Both the position numbers and the translations under genes were made by a program. This document shows, one piece after another, positions 52,760 through 64,000 of a stretch of 64,000 nucleotides of DNA. How positions within the stretch are numbered: position 1 is the first letter of the stretch; each line of letters starts with the position of its first letter. A model generated the notes under the pieces. It was not told the DNA's origin, ran no database searches, and saw only the letters and a program-made list of their open reading frames with translations. The DNA comes from Vicugna vicugna (taxonomy: Eukaryota): positions 1-64,000 of the forward strand of contig MU058456.1 in assembly GCA_013265495.1 (NCBI GenBank). Reading direction: 5' to 3'.

Positions 52760-53400
52760 TAAAGACAAATACCACATGATGTCACTTATATGTGAAGTCT
52801 GAAAAAGCATGAAAAAACCCCAAGCTCACAGATACAGAGAACAGATTGGTGGTTGCCAGAGGTGGTGGGGGCAGGGGGATGAGGGACAAAAATGTGGTCA
52901 AAGGTACAGACTTCCACTTAAAAAAATAAGTAAATTGTGGGGATGTAATGTACAACATGGTGACTGTAGTTGAAAATTTCTGAGAGTAGATCTTAAAAGT
53001 TCTTATCTCAAGGAAAAAAATATTTTGGTTACTATACATGGTGACAGATGTTAAGTAGACTTATTGTGGTGATCATTTCACAACACAGTTGACCCTGGAA
53101 CAATGAAGGGGTTGGGATGCTGATCCTCTGCACCATTGGAATTCCACACGTAACTTATAATCAGTCCCCTGTACCCACAGTTTTCAGTATCTGAGGTTCC
53201 CAATCTGCGGATTCAGCCAATTATGGATCGTATAGTACTGTAATATTTAGTACTGAAAAAAATTCATGTAAAAGTGGAAATGCACAATTCAAACCCATGT
53301 TGTTCAAGATTCAACCGCATATACAAATATTGAATGATTATGTTGTACACCTGTAACTAATATAATGTTGTAGTCAATTATATTTCAATGAAGAAAAAAG
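52760..53400 (+). mobile_element. L1MA-type 3' end, sense, interrupted by a Tigger MITE
   Basis: aaagacaaataccacatgatgtcacttatatg..gagagtagatcttaaaagttct..tgttgtacacctg. Confidence 0.8.
53086..53317. mobile_element. Tigger2a-like MITE
   Basis: Terminal inverted repeats CAGTTGACCCTGGAACAA and TTGTTCAAGATTCAACCG. Confidence 0.8.
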
Positions 53401-54145
53401 AATTCTGGGCATTGTAGCAGCCCAGTGACAGTCCTACGGGACTCACATTATCATGCTTTGTATATTTATATACATATATGTGTGTGTACATGCACACATG
53501 TTATATGTATGTGTATACACGTGTATATATTTCATGTACTTTTCAGATTTCTCTTCTGTATCTGGCATTTAGACCACTTTTTTTTTTTGATTGAAATATA
53601 CTTGACACATATCATTGTATAAGTTTAAAGTATCCAAAATGTTGACTTTCATACATTTCTATATTGTAATGTGATTGCCATTGTAGCATTAGTTAGCACC
53701 TCTGGATCACTTAATCTGCTCATAATTATCCTGTAGTTTTATTGGAATGTGTATCACTGGAATGCCAGAGGATTTCTCCTTTTCCATGCCCTTTTATTTT
53801 TCTCTCTCAGAGCTGAACTCTTGAGTTGAAATATTGTTCTCTAGTGTACTAATGACTCATAATTTGAGGAGGCATTTTCACAAAAAGGCATGAAATGCAC
53901 TAGGATTGTGCTTTGAATATGTCTAGAAGTGTTTACCTCTTCCCCCCACCCCCTGCCCCTCCAGGCAATTCTGAGGAGTCTTCCTTTATGTTTCTTTGTA
54001 TTCCTGTGTAATTTTTAATATAGTATTCTGCACATTGTAATTACACAATAAATATTGGTTGCTTTAAAATTTTAGAGTATGGTATTAATTTGTTAATTAA
54101 ATTCTTCATCTTTGTCATAGATGATTTATTTTCTTTGTTTTGCAG

Positions 54146-54202
54146 ATTAACTAAACTCCAGATACTAGAACTTAGAGAAAACCAGTTGAAAATGTTGCCA
54201 AA
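54146..54202 (+). CDS. ERBIN: Erbin exon 7 (LRR)
   Basis: LTKLQILELRENQLKMLP(K); ttgcag| acceptor and |gtaagt donor; 57 nt. Confidence 0.97.
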
Positions 54203-55037
54203 GTAAGTAATAGTGCTTTCCTTCTGAAATTTAGGTAAGAATTTTAAATTCTTTTTCTTGAAAAATTTTTTTCTTTTTCAGTTTTATTATGTTCAATTAT
54301 TACAGTTTGCACTTATACATTATATTGCATGTAAATACATATATATAATAATATTGCACATTTTTTTAGTTTATGTATGTGTACTGATCATTGTTTCTTA
54401 GAACAGATTAGAGCTTTAGCTTTTTAAACTTAACATAGTTATCAAAGGAATGTAGCCAACCACAAAATAAGAATCAACAGAATGTGATAATCGAATCATA
54501 AAGGACAAATTGTGCTTACTTTACATACAGAATTTTAAATTCTTAAATCCTTAGAGGAATAGTAGCATTTTAATATCTAAAATATGAGTGCAAATTATTC
54601 TAAAAAACTGACATCCATGGTCATATATTTTAGTTACTGGTGTTCAGTACAAAAATCTATAGATTTGTTGGTATTTAATAGAGATTTCATAGCTCTCTGG
54701 AACTCAGTCTTGTGTGACAAAAGTCAAAACAGTAAGTAGATAAAGCTCACCTGAGTCTCAAATAAAGGTCTAGAGCTCTTACATAGAGATTCCTGAAGTC
54801 TTCGTGTGAAGTCTAATGACCGTAATTCTAAGAACTTGCCTGGTTTTGTAGTCTGTTGTAAATTAGAAGTGGGGTGGAGGGCCCCCTACTGGTAAGCTAA
54901 TGTCAAGAAGAGCTGACAGTCCAAGAGCAAGTAAGATAGAGCAGATCTACAAACTCTAAATGCACTGACTGCACTCTGTCCATTTATTGAAGAAACGTCT
55001 TAAAACACCCTGAATTAATTGTTGCAGTTTTACAGAC

Positions 55038-55242
55038 TAGGCAGTGGCAAATTACAGACTGGTAAAATATGGCCCACCACCTGTTTTTTGTAAATAAAGT
55101 TTCATTAGAATCACATTCATTCTTTTACATATTGCCTGTGGCTGCTTTTGCTCTCCAGTGGTAAGAGTCAAGGAGTTGTGCAGAGACTTTGGGAAGAGTC
55201 TAAAATATTTACTACCTGTATAAAAAACTTTTCAGATTCCTG
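55038..55242. mobile_element. MER58A-like hAT MITE
   Basis: ggcaaattac..ggcccaccacctgtttttgtaaataaagttt..gcctgtggctgctttt..taaaatatttacta. Confidence 0.8.
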
Positions 55243-57950
55243 TTATAATTTATTTGTCAAGAGTTTGTTGCATCTCTTTATTGAAGCATCTCCAGTTCTC
55301 CAGTAGTTGGTTGTTCTGTTTATTAAACTACTGTGGCATCTTACTTATATCCATTATGACATTAACCACATTAGTCTAATTTTTAAAATACACTTTGCTT
55401 TCTTCCTACCTGACCCATAATGTATTAACATATGCACATGTACTTGATCCTTCCTTCTCTCTCCACCGTGAATGTAAGTCTGAGGGCAAAGAGCATATCT
55501 AGTTTTGATTCCCCAAAGACTGGGATGATTGGAATTTATAGTGATGGTTGTGAGTATAAATTAAAATGGAAATTATCTGTATTAAAATTCAAAAAAGGTT
55601 AAGATTTTTAAGGTTTGATTCTTAGCTCAGAATTTGGCTGCTAAGGGATTTGAATAACTAAAATGTAAATTGTTTACTGAAATAGATAAGCCTACAATTA
55701 ATGTGATGTCTCTGATATTATAGGTAATTCAGTTGTCTTAGCTTCTTACATTTTAACTACAGATTGGGCTCTGTCAGTATATTTACACATAAGTCCTTTC
55801 CTGGTTTCATTTTAAGACTTATGATTAAAATATTGGAGGGCTCACAAACGAGAAAGAAGCCATAGTTTTAAATGTTAGGAAAGTCATATGCATTCAGTTT
55901 ATGTGAGTGGACCTTTTTATGATCAGAGATTAGAACAGTGGGAAAGCTGTTTTAAATATGTAGTTAAATAAAATTCAATACTGTCTTAATCCTGAAGGGG
56001 AAAATACTAAGAACACCAAGAATACATATTTTTCCTCTGAAACAGGAGAAGAAAAGGTAAAAATGAGTTAAGTACAGAGGAATTTTAGAGGTAAACAGGA
56101 GAAAATGTGAGGGATATTGTTTTTACTTTCTCCTTGAAGTAGGGAGCTGGATCTTAAATGAAAAGGCGTTAAAGTGAAATGAAAATAAAAAAGATGAAAT
56201 TTTGTGTCTTAGGTAGATTTTTATGGTGTATGAGTAGGACCAAAGTTGCCAATGTTAGCTGCAGCAAGTTGAGATGGAGATGCTTTAGGGTTTTGCAGTA
56301 TATTTCTTTTTTGTTACATATCTGTGTCATTCACATTTTCTGAAATCAGTTTTAAAACTTAACTTTCTAAGGATGTTGTTTGTATTGAATTTTCCATTAC
56401 ACTGCTTTTCTTTTTGAACCCTTTTTTAAATAACTTACCTTTGTTGATGCATTGCTTAATTGCTGCGTGTGAATTTTTCTGTTACCGTTATAAGAATATT
56501 GAATTAAGAAAAACAAGATTATGTTTTCTTCTTTCAATCTTACCCCTCCTCACAACCCTTTTTATCTTTCTCAAATGTCCATCTGGTATAGTATTATGGA
56601 CATAGGAGTTTAATATCATAGTGTCTATAATCTTTTCTTGGGAAAGGTCCTAGAAAAATCTTTGCTTTGTTATGAAGCAAACTGGAACTGACTTACAGGT
56701 TTTCTGGACAAAGACAGATATGAATAATGGAAGAAGAATTATAGTACCTCATAGAACCCGAGAATAGCCACTCAGTAAACCTAAGTTAAATAAAGAAGCT
56801 TTGAAAAAAATTGGTGTTGTGGGATCAGTTAAATTAAAGGAGTGTTGATAGAATGGAAGGAGTGGGGAAAATTAGCTTCCTCTGTTAGATCAGTAACATA
56901 ATGACATTACAGTTATAATATACGTTCTTAACTTTTTTTCTCTGAAAAGGTAGAAAAATGTTTTAAGTGAGTTTTACTTATTATTTTTAAATTGTTAAAT
57001 TTCAAGAGAAGATATGAAGTCTGTATTCTTGTGTCATAATTTAAGGAACCCGTTGGTTTTTAATGATGTTTATTTCCTAATTATTAACAATATATTGATA
57101 ATATGCTTGTATTTTGCTATCATTCTGTCATATCCTAAAAATAAAATTAATGTAATTCCTTATCTGGGAAACTGGTAGTACTTTAATCTATTAAATAATA
57201 GGTTTTTATAAAAAATTTCAGAAGTATAAATACGTGCTTGAATTAATGAGCAGTTTTTTTAGTTTAAAAAATGCCTTTATTGATGAGAGATAAAGGTACA
57301 ACTTGGTTTATTTCATTTGAAATCAATTTGTACATTTTTAAGTTTCTGTAGTTGCAGAGAAATGTTGGTATTGAGTTGGAAATTTAAAAATGATGTATTG
57401 TAGCTTAAATTTAAAATAAATACCATCTACTAATTATGTTTGTCATTTGTATAAAACTTTATTATGTATTGTATTGAATTTATTTTGAAAACGTAGCGAA
57501 CAATGTAATGTCTACTAAAATTCTGAATTTTAATTTTCAGTGTTACCTTGAAGTTTTACAAATATATGACCAGTCTTGAAAAATGGTAGTAATTAATATG
57601 AAGCTGCCAAACAGTCTAATCATTAGTTGATTTATTATATCTGAAAATTTGTTCTGTGGAAAAAATGAAAAGCTGTTACTCATATTCTGGCCTGTGGGTT
57701 TAAATTACTGCAGTTACTTAAGAATAGAAATAACCTGATGAGAAGCCAAAATTAGAGAACTTACTTTATTTTATTTAGAACTTAAATATGACTTTTTTCT
57801 TAGAAAATTATTTTTACTTTGTTACCATTTGAAAGCCTTTGCATCATCAGATAATACATTAGAATATTTTATGGTATTAATTTTAAAAACTTCCATGTAA
57901 TTGATGTTTTTATATATATACTTAATTCTTTATTCATCCATTGTACATAG

Positions 57951-58014
57951 AACCATGAATAGACTGACCCAGCTGGAAAGACTGGATTTGGGAAGTAATG
58001 AATTCACAGAAGTG
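57951..58014 (+). CDS. ERBIN: Erbin exon 8 (LRR)
   Basis: TMNRLTQLERLDLGSNEFTEV; catag| acceptor and |gtaagt donor; 64 nt. Confidence 0.97.
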
Positions 58015-59860
58015 GTAAGTTCTCACCAACCTCAGCATCTTTAAGTCTTATATTTGACCAAGAACAAAATGTGAAAACTAATGTATTTATTTCTCTGCAT
58101 TGTTAAAGTATAAAATTGAGTAAAGATCTACACATATTTTGGAGAGACAAGGTATGAAGGTTCTTAATAGAGAAAATAAAACGGATAAAAACGTGTAACA
58201 GGAATGAGGGTAAAAATGTAAGATTAATGAGAAACCCATGGTAAAGGTAATAAAAGTTTTTAAGCACAAGAAGTAAAAATAAGGGGAAAAGTTCCATCGA
58301 ACTAAAATGCATCAGGAAATATACTTTTGAGTCAAAAATGACTCCAGGAGTATTGTTTAGGGATTTATTCAGTGATAAAACACTTCTTTATAATTTTACT
58401 TAATAGCAGGGAAAACACTGAGTGAAACAGCTGTTACTTTGTGAGTTGGTAATGAGACCTCTGTGTGGTGTTTTTACTTTGTATGCAAAGTGAACCTTGA
58501 TGCTGAATCAAAAAGGGAAGTAGTGGTACGTAAGCAGTTTTTTTGGTCTTCAGTTGTTTCTCCAAGAGAACTCAGAAAATAAGCCAGATTGTTTTTTGAA
58601 GAGGAATTCATTAACCTGAACATCATCATCATTAGAATGTTTACATTATATTTTCAAATTTGTTTTTTTTAATTGTGGTAAATTTCAAATGATAGTCTTA
58701 AGAACAGAATTTCTCATCACTGTCAGCTGCATGGTTACCCTGTGGGTATTGAATTGTATATTTGCTCACAAAGTAGACAGGTTTTCAGCTGACGTCACTG
58801 GAGAAGCATCGTGGTTTTGGGTATCTCGTGGTTTTTCTAAAATATTCTCTTTCATATTCTTTATTTTAATTGAAGATTTTGTGTGATGCATTTTACTATG
58901 TGTTGTACAAATTTTTACTCCTTGTGAAAAAAAATGCATATTCTATGCTTTGTAAATTTATCCAGCTGTCATATTCTTTCTCAGTATTTGTTTTGTATGT
59001 ATTAATCTGTTTCTGTATTAACTATTGGAAAATTCTAAATTATTAATTTTATGAATCAGAATTATTATTTTTATATCGAGATCTAACATTACACATTTAA
59101 AAAAATTATTATTAGAATTGTAACAGGTAAAGCACAAAAGAGAATTATTTTAAATCCAAGTTACACCTAGAATTCTTACCTATATTTATATGTTAACAGT
59201 AAGTCTGAATGTATTTCTGTATTATTCATGTTATTATGGTCATTAGAGCTGATAGCACTCCATGCCATCACAGTGTCAGTGTTTGGACACAAATTTGTGG
59301 GGTGACAGAAATATCTTCGAAGGACACATTCAGGGGAGCCTCCAAGAATGAATGCCCAGGATCAGATTTTGCTTGAATACCAAGGTCCACTACAACTCTT
59401 TAATTTTTTGGTCCTCAACATCAGATTATAAGCAATATTCCACCATGTAATTACTAGAAGCGTAACATAGGACAATATGCTGATTGTATGATTATGCCCT
59501 GGTTTACTTATCTTTCCCTTAATATTGGACATTTAAAATGTATATTGCCTTATTTCTTTTTTTCCTCTCTCTCAGTCACCAAGGACTATCTTTGTATGTG
59601 TGTGTATGTTCTTTTAAGGTTTTCTAAAAGTCTGCATCTTTCTACAAATAATGATTGAGAGTAACTTTTTATTGTACTCTTGAAAGTACTGGGTCTTATT
59701 TTCTTTATTAATTGTATAAATACTTGACCCTATTATGTCATCAAAAGCTTAAATGAGTTTTATGCAATCTACTGTTATGGAATGTCTATCTTTGAGTTTC
59801 TTAGTAATTAAATGTAAGTAAGTAAATTAATGGTTCCCACCCCCCCCCTTATCTAAACAG

Positions 59861-59935
59861 CCTGAAGTACTTGAGCAGCTAAGTGGATTGAAGGAATTTT
59901 GGATGGATGGTAATAGACTGACTTTTATTCCAGGG
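59861..59935 (+). CDS. ERBIN: Erbin exon 9 (LRR)
   Basis: PEVLEQLSGLKEFWMDGNRLTFIPG; aacag| acceptor and |gtatgt donor; 75 nt. Confidence 0.97.
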
Positions 59936-60146
59936 GTATGTATTCTCACATTTTAAATAACTTCCATTATTACTGTCTATCCTTTGCATTTTTGTGAATT
60001 ATACATTTTCATATAAGTTTTAATTAGTTTAAAAAGGGTTATTTAATTCTTAATACTATTTGACAGATAGAAGCAAATTACATTTTTTTAACTGTCAACA
60101 TATTCTTGATTAAAATCAGAAAATTTCCATAAATTTTGGTAAAATG

Positions 60147-60357
60147 CAATTGACCCTTGAACAACTCACGGGTTAGGGACACCCACCATCTGCACAGTGA
60201 AAATCTGTGTATAACTTACAGTTGGCCCTCCCTATCCACAGTTCCTCTGGATCTGAGGTTCTGCATCCACAGATTCAACCAACCATAGTAGTGTAACAAT
60301 TACTATTGGAAAATAATCCATGTGGAGTTCAAACCTATGTTGTTCATGGGTCAGCTA
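60147..60357. mobile_element. Tigger2a-like MITE
   Basis: Terminal inverted repeats CAATTGACCCTTGAACAA and TTGTTCATGGGTCAGCT. Confidence 0.8.
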
Positions 60358-60757
60358 TGGTCTCTTCTTAGTGCTGTGAATTTTGTCCTTCGCAGCAGTT
60401 GCAGTTGATTTATATCCGAATTCGTTGTTAAAGTAGGCTGTTTTCCATGTAGCTTTTTTAGCAGCTGACATTTTGTTCACTCTCAGACCTTAAGTCATAT
60501 GAATCTCCGTATGTGCTATCTCTGTGACCAATGATGGTCAGCAAAGTTCCAAAGAAAAATATATGTCATCACTCTGCTGGGCTTAAGTTAGTAGGAGCTC
60601 TTGGCTTTATTACTGAATACAGTCCCAATGGGATTTTTAAAAAATTTATGAATGCTCTCACATATATACAATTGTAAATTGGTGTTAGGTTTATTATCTA
60701 AACTTTTGACAGCTTATGGCTGAAGTCATTAGATTTCCTTTTTTTTTTTACTTACAG

Positions 60758-60902
60758 TTTATCGGTGGCTTGAAACAGCTTACTTATTTGGATGTTTCTA
60801 AAAACAATATTGAAATGATTGAAGAAGGAATTTCAGCATGTGAAAACCTTCAAGACCTCCTATTATCAAGCAATTCACTTCAGCAACTGCCTGAGACTAT
60901 TG
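60758..60902 (+). CDS. ERBIN: Erbin exon 10 (LRR)
   Basis: [48 protein letters not shown](G); ttacag| acceptor and |gtttgt donor; 145 nt. Confidence 0.97.
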
Positions 60903-61289
60903 GTTTGTATTGGTTTCTAATTCATGTGATTAATTTTTACTAATGTAAAATCTAAGAAACTTTTTGCCGTTGCTTGGTTCAGAACCTCCATATATCATTT
61001 TATTTATTATGAGGTAGTTTTACTGTACTCTGCAGTAACAGATCCTATTTGAGTTTCCTGATGTAATCAGTGTATATAGGTCACTCTTGTTGATATTACT
61101 GTTTTTCTTTAAGAAAATTTTATTTTTATCCCTGTAGTAAAATTTAAATTCTTCAGAAGGGTTAATTTATCCAGAATTGATTTAACTATTGAACATAGCC
61201 CTTACCTAGTAACTTTTTCAGTCTTGATTTCATCTTAGACTAATAGACAAGAAGACAGATCAATTCAACAAATCCTATGTAAGTCTGTA

Positions 61290-61524
61290 CAGTTGACCCT
61301 TGAACAATGAGAGAGTTAGGGGGACAACCCTCTGCACAGCTGGTAATCTCATGTCACTTATAGTTGGACTTTGGTATTTACATTCAGTTCCTCCCTATCC
61401 GTGGTTCTGTATCTTTGGATTCAACCAACTGTGGGTCATGCAGTACTGTAGTATTTACTGTTGAAAAAATCCACGTGTAAATGGACCCATGCAGTTCATA
61501 CCTGTGTTGTTCAAAGGCCAGCTA
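61290..61524. mobile_element. Tigger2a-like MITE
   Basis: TA, then CAGTTGACCCTTGAACAA ... TTGTTCAAAGGCCAGCT, then TA. Confidence 0.8.
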
Positions 61525-62208
61525 TATTTGTGTAGCTGCTTGTCTGGTGTTGCATCAGGGGAATTTAATTATTTTATTAAAGAACCAAAAACTTAAATTC
61601 TTTGCCATCTGCATGATTTTTGAATATAAGAATCAAAAATATTTTTACATATTTTTCAGTTGACTTACACAACTGTTTTATCTCAGGTTACATTTTGCAA
61701 ATTCTACCGTAATTTATTCAACACTTTTAACTTTACGCTAAACTCCATTTTATTCTTTAAGTATTTAGTATACATACAATATTTAGAATAGTTGGTTTTA
61801 CACTTGTGAAAGCTACCTTCATGCTGCTACTTCTTTAATCCAGTAACACCACAAGTTTGTATTGTTTGTCTTCACTGTGCTGTCATGGCATTGTTTTAAG
61901 GAGCGGGGCTACAGCTGTGAACAAAGGAGACAAAAAGTCCATACTCTTTGAGGCTTACATTTTAGTGAGGGTTAAATAGATAAATATACACTAATTAAGA
62001 CGTGATATGTTAAGGGTGAAAATTGATGATACAGGGTAAGGGAATGGAGAGTTGATGGGTTGGGGTGGTATCTCCTAGATAGGTTGATTTTTTTTTTTTA
62101 AATGTTTTTTATGATTCATGTCAAATGTAATATGTGTTCAAATTGACTGTTCATTGACTTGCTTCTAGTTCAAGATGGAAAATTGTATATTATTTCTTTC
62201 CTCAATAG

Positions 62209-62281
62209 GTTCACTGAAGAATGTAACAACTCTTAAAATAGATGAAAATCAGTTAATGTATCTACCAGATTCTATAGGAGG
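62209..62281 (+). CDS. ERBIN: Erbin exon 11 (LRR)
   Basis: (G)SLKNVTTLKIDENQLMYLPDSIG(G); aatag| acceptor and |gtaaga donor; 73 nt. Confidence 0.97.
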
Positions 62282-62603
62282 GTAAGATTTTTGTGAATTA
62301 ATAGAACTAAAAGATTTTGCTTTTAGTTCATCATGCCATGTTTTGTTTTTTGTTTTTTGTTTTTCAGATAATTGCATAAATAGCATGTGAAGGAAATTCC
62401 AAAAACATTTAAATAAGCAATTGGTTGCAGGTTGGGTTTATTTATAGTAAAAGTAGGCCAATTTTTATTGGTGAAACTTAGCTTAGTGGAAATAGATTTT
62501 TTTCTAGGTTTGTTAAAAGTCAGATTCAAATGTTTGTATGTTCTTAAGTTTTGCATTATATACAGGAAATCTTTTTTTAACTGTGTTTTCTTTTTAATTA
62601 AAG

Positions 62604-62733
62604 GTTAATATCAATAGAAGAACTGGATTGTAGCTTCAATGAAGTTGAAGCTTTGCCTTCATCTATTGGGCAGCTTACTAATATAAGAACCTTTGCTGCA
62701 GATCATAATTACTTACAACAGTTACCCCCAGAG
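62604..62733 (+). CDS. ERBIN: Erbin exon 12 (LRR)
   Basis: LISIEELDCSFNEVEALPSSIGQLTNIRTFAADHNYLQQLPPE; aag| acceptor and |gtacag donor; 130 nt. Confidence 0.96.
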
Positions 62734-63051
62734 GTACAGTTTTTTAAATTTGTTTTGAATTTTTATTTTTTCCAATTATTTATGATAGCTATCCAGTGTA
62801 GTTTTCTTCATTTTCTTTCAGAAATAATTATGTAACTAAGTTATTTAACTTTTGAATAATTAACTATGTTTATTTGCAAGAGATACTTAAATACTTTTCT
62901 TCATACATGAAAGTTAATAATTGAAAAGGGAAAATATAATTCTGTTTATAAATGAGGAGAGTTTTTTTTTTATAGCTTTTGAAAATGATACTTACTGTCT
63001 GTTAGGCAGTAGGCCAAAGTTTCAGTTCCCAATTTTATGTTTTTCTTTCAG

Positions 63052-63167
63052 ATTGGAAGCTGGAAAAATATAACTGTGCTGTTTCTCCATTCCAATAAAC
63101 TTGAGACACTTCCAGAGGAAATGGGTGATATGCAAAAATTAAAAGTCATTAACTTGAGTGACAACAG
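63052..63167 (+). CDS. ERBIN: Erbin exon 13 (LRR); CDS continues beyond the window
   Basis: [38 protein letters not shown](R); ttcag| acceptor and |gtttgt donor; 116 nt. Confidence 0.97.
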
Positions 63168-63644
63168 GTTTGTAACAATGTAACTCATCAGTTGGTTTAT
63201 AGAAGATACCTGTTAGATGAAATTAAGTTTCATTTTATGTGATAGAAAATACAATACACGTTTTCTCTTTTCATATAAATGTTTGTTTTCTGGGTAGAAT
63301 TTTCCTTTAAGAAGATGATTTGATTTTATCTGAAGTTAATTATTATACTGGGATTATTTGCCACAGTTCGCTGTGTGTTGACTTTAGCCATACAGTCTTT
63401 GTTCTCTCCTTACAGTAGCCATCTTTATTCCTGAAGTCAGATCTTCACTCAGTAATCCTGTTGAATAGAACAACTTTTAATCTAATCTACTCCTTGTATT
63501 AATCAGGGCAGAGGTGTGATTAGACAGACACCCACTCAAATAACCTGGACAGCACATCCAAGGTGCAGAGCGAATAGATCAGTAAGGATGCTAAATTGAA
63601 ACAGTGTTTAAGAAGAGATCGTCCATAATTTTTCCTGATGTAAA

Positions 63645-63860
63645 AATACTAATAATGATAAAAGAGCATTTATAGAGCTTTTTTATATTTTGCTTTAATA
63701 GTATCTTATGAAGTACTCGAAATAGCCCGATGAAATAATGAAATGGGTATTAGCATTTTATGGAGTTGAATGTTAAGACTCAAATTTAAGATGATTCACA
63801 CAGCCTGTAAGGTAGAACTTTAAACTCAGTTTTCTGATTAGTTAGGATATTCAGACTTTT
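63645..63860 (-). mobile_element. MIR SINE fragment
   Basis: aataatgata..agcatttatagagc..cacacagcctgtaaggtagaactttaaactcag..tctgatt. Confidence 0.5.
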
Positions 63861-64000
63861 ATTTAAGAAGAATCACTGCCTGCCTTTTAAAAATTAAATC
63901 CCTGTTTCAGCCCGTCTTTTGTACCCCGAAACTAAGGCCTAAATTCTAGCACTCTAGGTTTATGGAGACCTAGACTCCCTAGGTTCCTTGAAAGTCAGGC

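Noticed and set aside
53460..53530. Alternating purine-pyrimidine quasi-palindromes (also ~9600-9700 and ~17245-17300)
   Set aside because: Low-complexity (TA/CA/TG)n sequence that is self-complementary for trivial reasons.
1..64000. CRISPR arrays, operons, rRNA, snoRNA or other prokaryote-style systems
   Set aside because: The sequence is a spliced mammalian gene with interspersed repeats. I found no regularly spaced repeat-spacer array and no recognisable structural RNA gene.

Overview
Eukaryotic (mammalian) genomic DNA. Seven copies of a tRNA-derived SINE resembling the camelid Vic-1 family suggest a camelid genome. The window holds the 5' part of ERBIN (ERBB2IP) on the + strand: a CpG-island promoter, two non-coding exons (about 635-880 and 33860-33907) and 11 coding exons (ATG at 37805). 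These splice in frame, all at GT-AG sites, into the first ~378 codons of Erbin (the LRR region); the gene continues past the window. The introns are filled with L1, L2, MIR, SINE, LTR and hAT/Tigger DNA-transposon relics, often nested. Apart from ERBIN exons and L1 ORF2 remnants, the ORF-track entries look spurious. The most interesting observations are inverted L1 and SINE pairs bracketing exons 2-4 (candidate circRNA driver), a 48-nt exon that is almost entirely a uORF, a double-hairpin templated insertion at 28.9 kb, and SINEs with apparent 3' transductions. I see no evidence of a wholly new gene or system. Repeat subfamily names come from remembered consensus sequences and need RepeatMasker confirmation.
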